Shown piece by piece: positions 62,134-64,000 of a stretch of DNA of 64,000 nt (its first letter is position 1; every line of letters begins with the position of its first letter). Position numbers and translations under genes: made by a program. The stretch covers positions 18,122,871 through 18,186,870 of the forward strand of contig NC_092676.1 in NCBI RefSeq assembly GCF_964355755.1. Reading direction: 5' to 3'. The notes beneath the pieces are model-generated. The model did not search any database, had not been told where the DNA came from, and saw only the letters and a program-made list of their open reading frames with translations. The DNA is from Antedon mediterranea (taxonomy: Eukaryota; Animalia; Echinodermata).

Positions 62134-62420
62134 CTTTTTCTGACAACCCGCGCGCTATTCTCCCGCGGCGGTCATGTTGTCTCGCGGCGGTGTGGTTTTG
62201 TGTCGATTGCACATCATCAATTAATCTTCGACTATTCCATTATAATGTAGGGTTGGTCCAAAAACTATTGATTTAAAATTTAAAATTCTATTTTTATATA
62301 ACTATTACATCTGGTAAATTGAATAAGTATGATAGTATGATCAATCTAATGACATTTATTTCACATCGATTTAATAATAATAATACATTCCACTTTCCGC
62401 CTCATAACTGTCCCGCGAAT
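62134..62420 (-). promoter_or_regulatory. Probable NPAT non-coding first exon and promoter with E2F-like sites
   Basis: The NPAT ATG exon is preceded by an acceptor (~61260). Donor aag|gtacaa at 62134/3; CpG patch with cccgcgcgc, tcccgcggcgg, ctcgcggcgg, and tcccgcgaat (62411). Inferred. Confidence 0.55.
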
Positions 62421-64000
62421 AGAACACCAAACCTCCAACTTAGAAAAATGACATCGATGTCCAAACCTAGAGAGGGCACTATCATATTAAGAAAATAGAG
62501 GTCGCTGTTAAAAAATCTAGCATTTATAATATTAGTTTCTATCTATCTTGTATAAACGATTTTTCTTAAGTGTAATTGTGAATCAAAAATATTTTCACCA
62601 CCCTTTCAAATTACAAAGACAGAAGTTTAAGAAAACTTTACTCTATAATAATAGATGAATGGAGATTCTCCACATCTATAAAACATTAAAATCAAAACCT
62701 GGCTAATTTTGAAGGTGCTGGATTAAAATTAAAAGTTCGTTCAAACCTTTGAATGATAGAACTGCAAATTGGAATATTGATAATAATACAAAAATGTAAA
62801 TTACCGGTATAATTCGGACGAAGACATGGCCATCATTCACCATCAATTATGGTCCAGCTTTAAATAATATAGGCCTACGTATCAGGAATTATTCAATTTA
62901 TATGTGGATATGTAGGGCCTATAAAAATGACAGCAAATTAGACATGTTTGATACATTTTATAATTCTCATGAAAATGACAAGATTGATGAAGACGGTGTG
63001 AAAATATTTTGGTAGTTTTTGCCTGAAAAGAGCGCGAAATGTCGTAATTAATAATGATTCACTGAATTCCATGACTCAATAACTATTTTATCGACATTGC
63101 AAAATTAAGAAAATTGAAAAGAGGAGGAAGGAGCTTATCATCAGATTTTATTTAGTACATTTTTACTATACTTTGTTTTGTATTCATTATGTGTACTCAT
63201 TATTTCACTTAATGAACAATGCATGAATTGATAATAAACACATATGACGTACGGACCTATATTCTCTTTTATATATATCTATAAGTAGTAGAATCATAAC
63301 ACCCTGAGATTCTGTATATTGGAATTTTATCCAATCCAACAAAATCGGGAGAAATATTAGCGGTACAGGAGATTGATACTCTCGGAATAAAAGTGTTGTA
63401 CAAAATGTTAATTTACAACCAAACATTTGCAATGTTATTAGCGTGTATATATAAATAAACAAAAAGCGGACGCATGAATAAACATCAAGAATTTACTTCT
63501 ATTTTCACTTGACTTATAGACTTTATCTGTATTTGTATAATGACACCAAAAGCCCACGAAATTTGATCTAAAATTGAAAAGCTCAATATAAACCAGTCAC
63601 GCTTCAACGCACACCACAACGATGTTTAGATTGAGATCGGAATGTACTACCAGTCAGTTGACAGCGTGATCATCCGAGGAGAGAAACTTTACGCACATTT
63701 GGCGTCAAAAATCAGGATAATTTCAGATGAATAGTATTGTAAGTCTCTAATACTTGTTTCTATATGTAGAATAAAGGGCGAATAAAGTAACATTGGCGTT
63801 AAATAATGTTGTTTATTTAAATCAGTGAGACCAGAAAGATGAATGGACTGGGCGCGGTGTAAGTAAGAGGAGATGAACTTAAAAGTTGGCCTCATTCCGT
63901 GCCCCGGATTGGCATCTCAAAGTGGCTGTTATAAAATCATCATCTCGGCCTAAAAATAAGTTTCTTTCAAATTATTTGAATGTATATATGTGTGCAATGC

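Overview
AT-rich, intron-containing animal genomic DNA; a marine invertebrate such as an echinoderm is inferred from the repeat content and is not proven. Three spliced genes were reconstructed by hand from GT-AG sites and reading-frame phase. (1) A minus-strand EGF + LRRNT + LRR extracellular or receptor gene; exons lie at 1578-16306 and it continues beyond the left edge. (2) A complete cytoplasmic tyrosyl-tRNA synthetase YARS1 on the plus strand, 14 coding exons, 35052-46749, about 526 aa, with a C-terminal EMAP-II domain. (3) A complete NPAT histone-transcription coactivator on the minus strand, 13 coding exons, 61247-50900, about 1747 aa, convergent with YARS1. An intact, very young Mag-type Ty3/Gypsy element (28826-33579; identical 174-bp LTRs, 5-bp TSD, single 1328-aa ORF) is inserted in a decayed CR1 LINE about 0.2 kb upstream of the probable YARS1 first exon. 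The rest is a dense patchwork of non-autonomous DNA transposons (nested CAGG-ended elements with 5-bp TSDs, Harbinger-type and TA-type MITEs, Helitron ends), tRNA-derived SINEs, LINE fragments, and a 67-bp satellite split by a TIR element. There is no CRISPR array or prokaryotic system, and most short ORFs in the track are spurious. No clearly new biological system is proven. The best leads are the AGGCCT/CTAG clusters marking gene 5' ends, the split satellite, the young LTR element at the YARS1 promoter, and the NLR variant of the TyrRS ELR motif.
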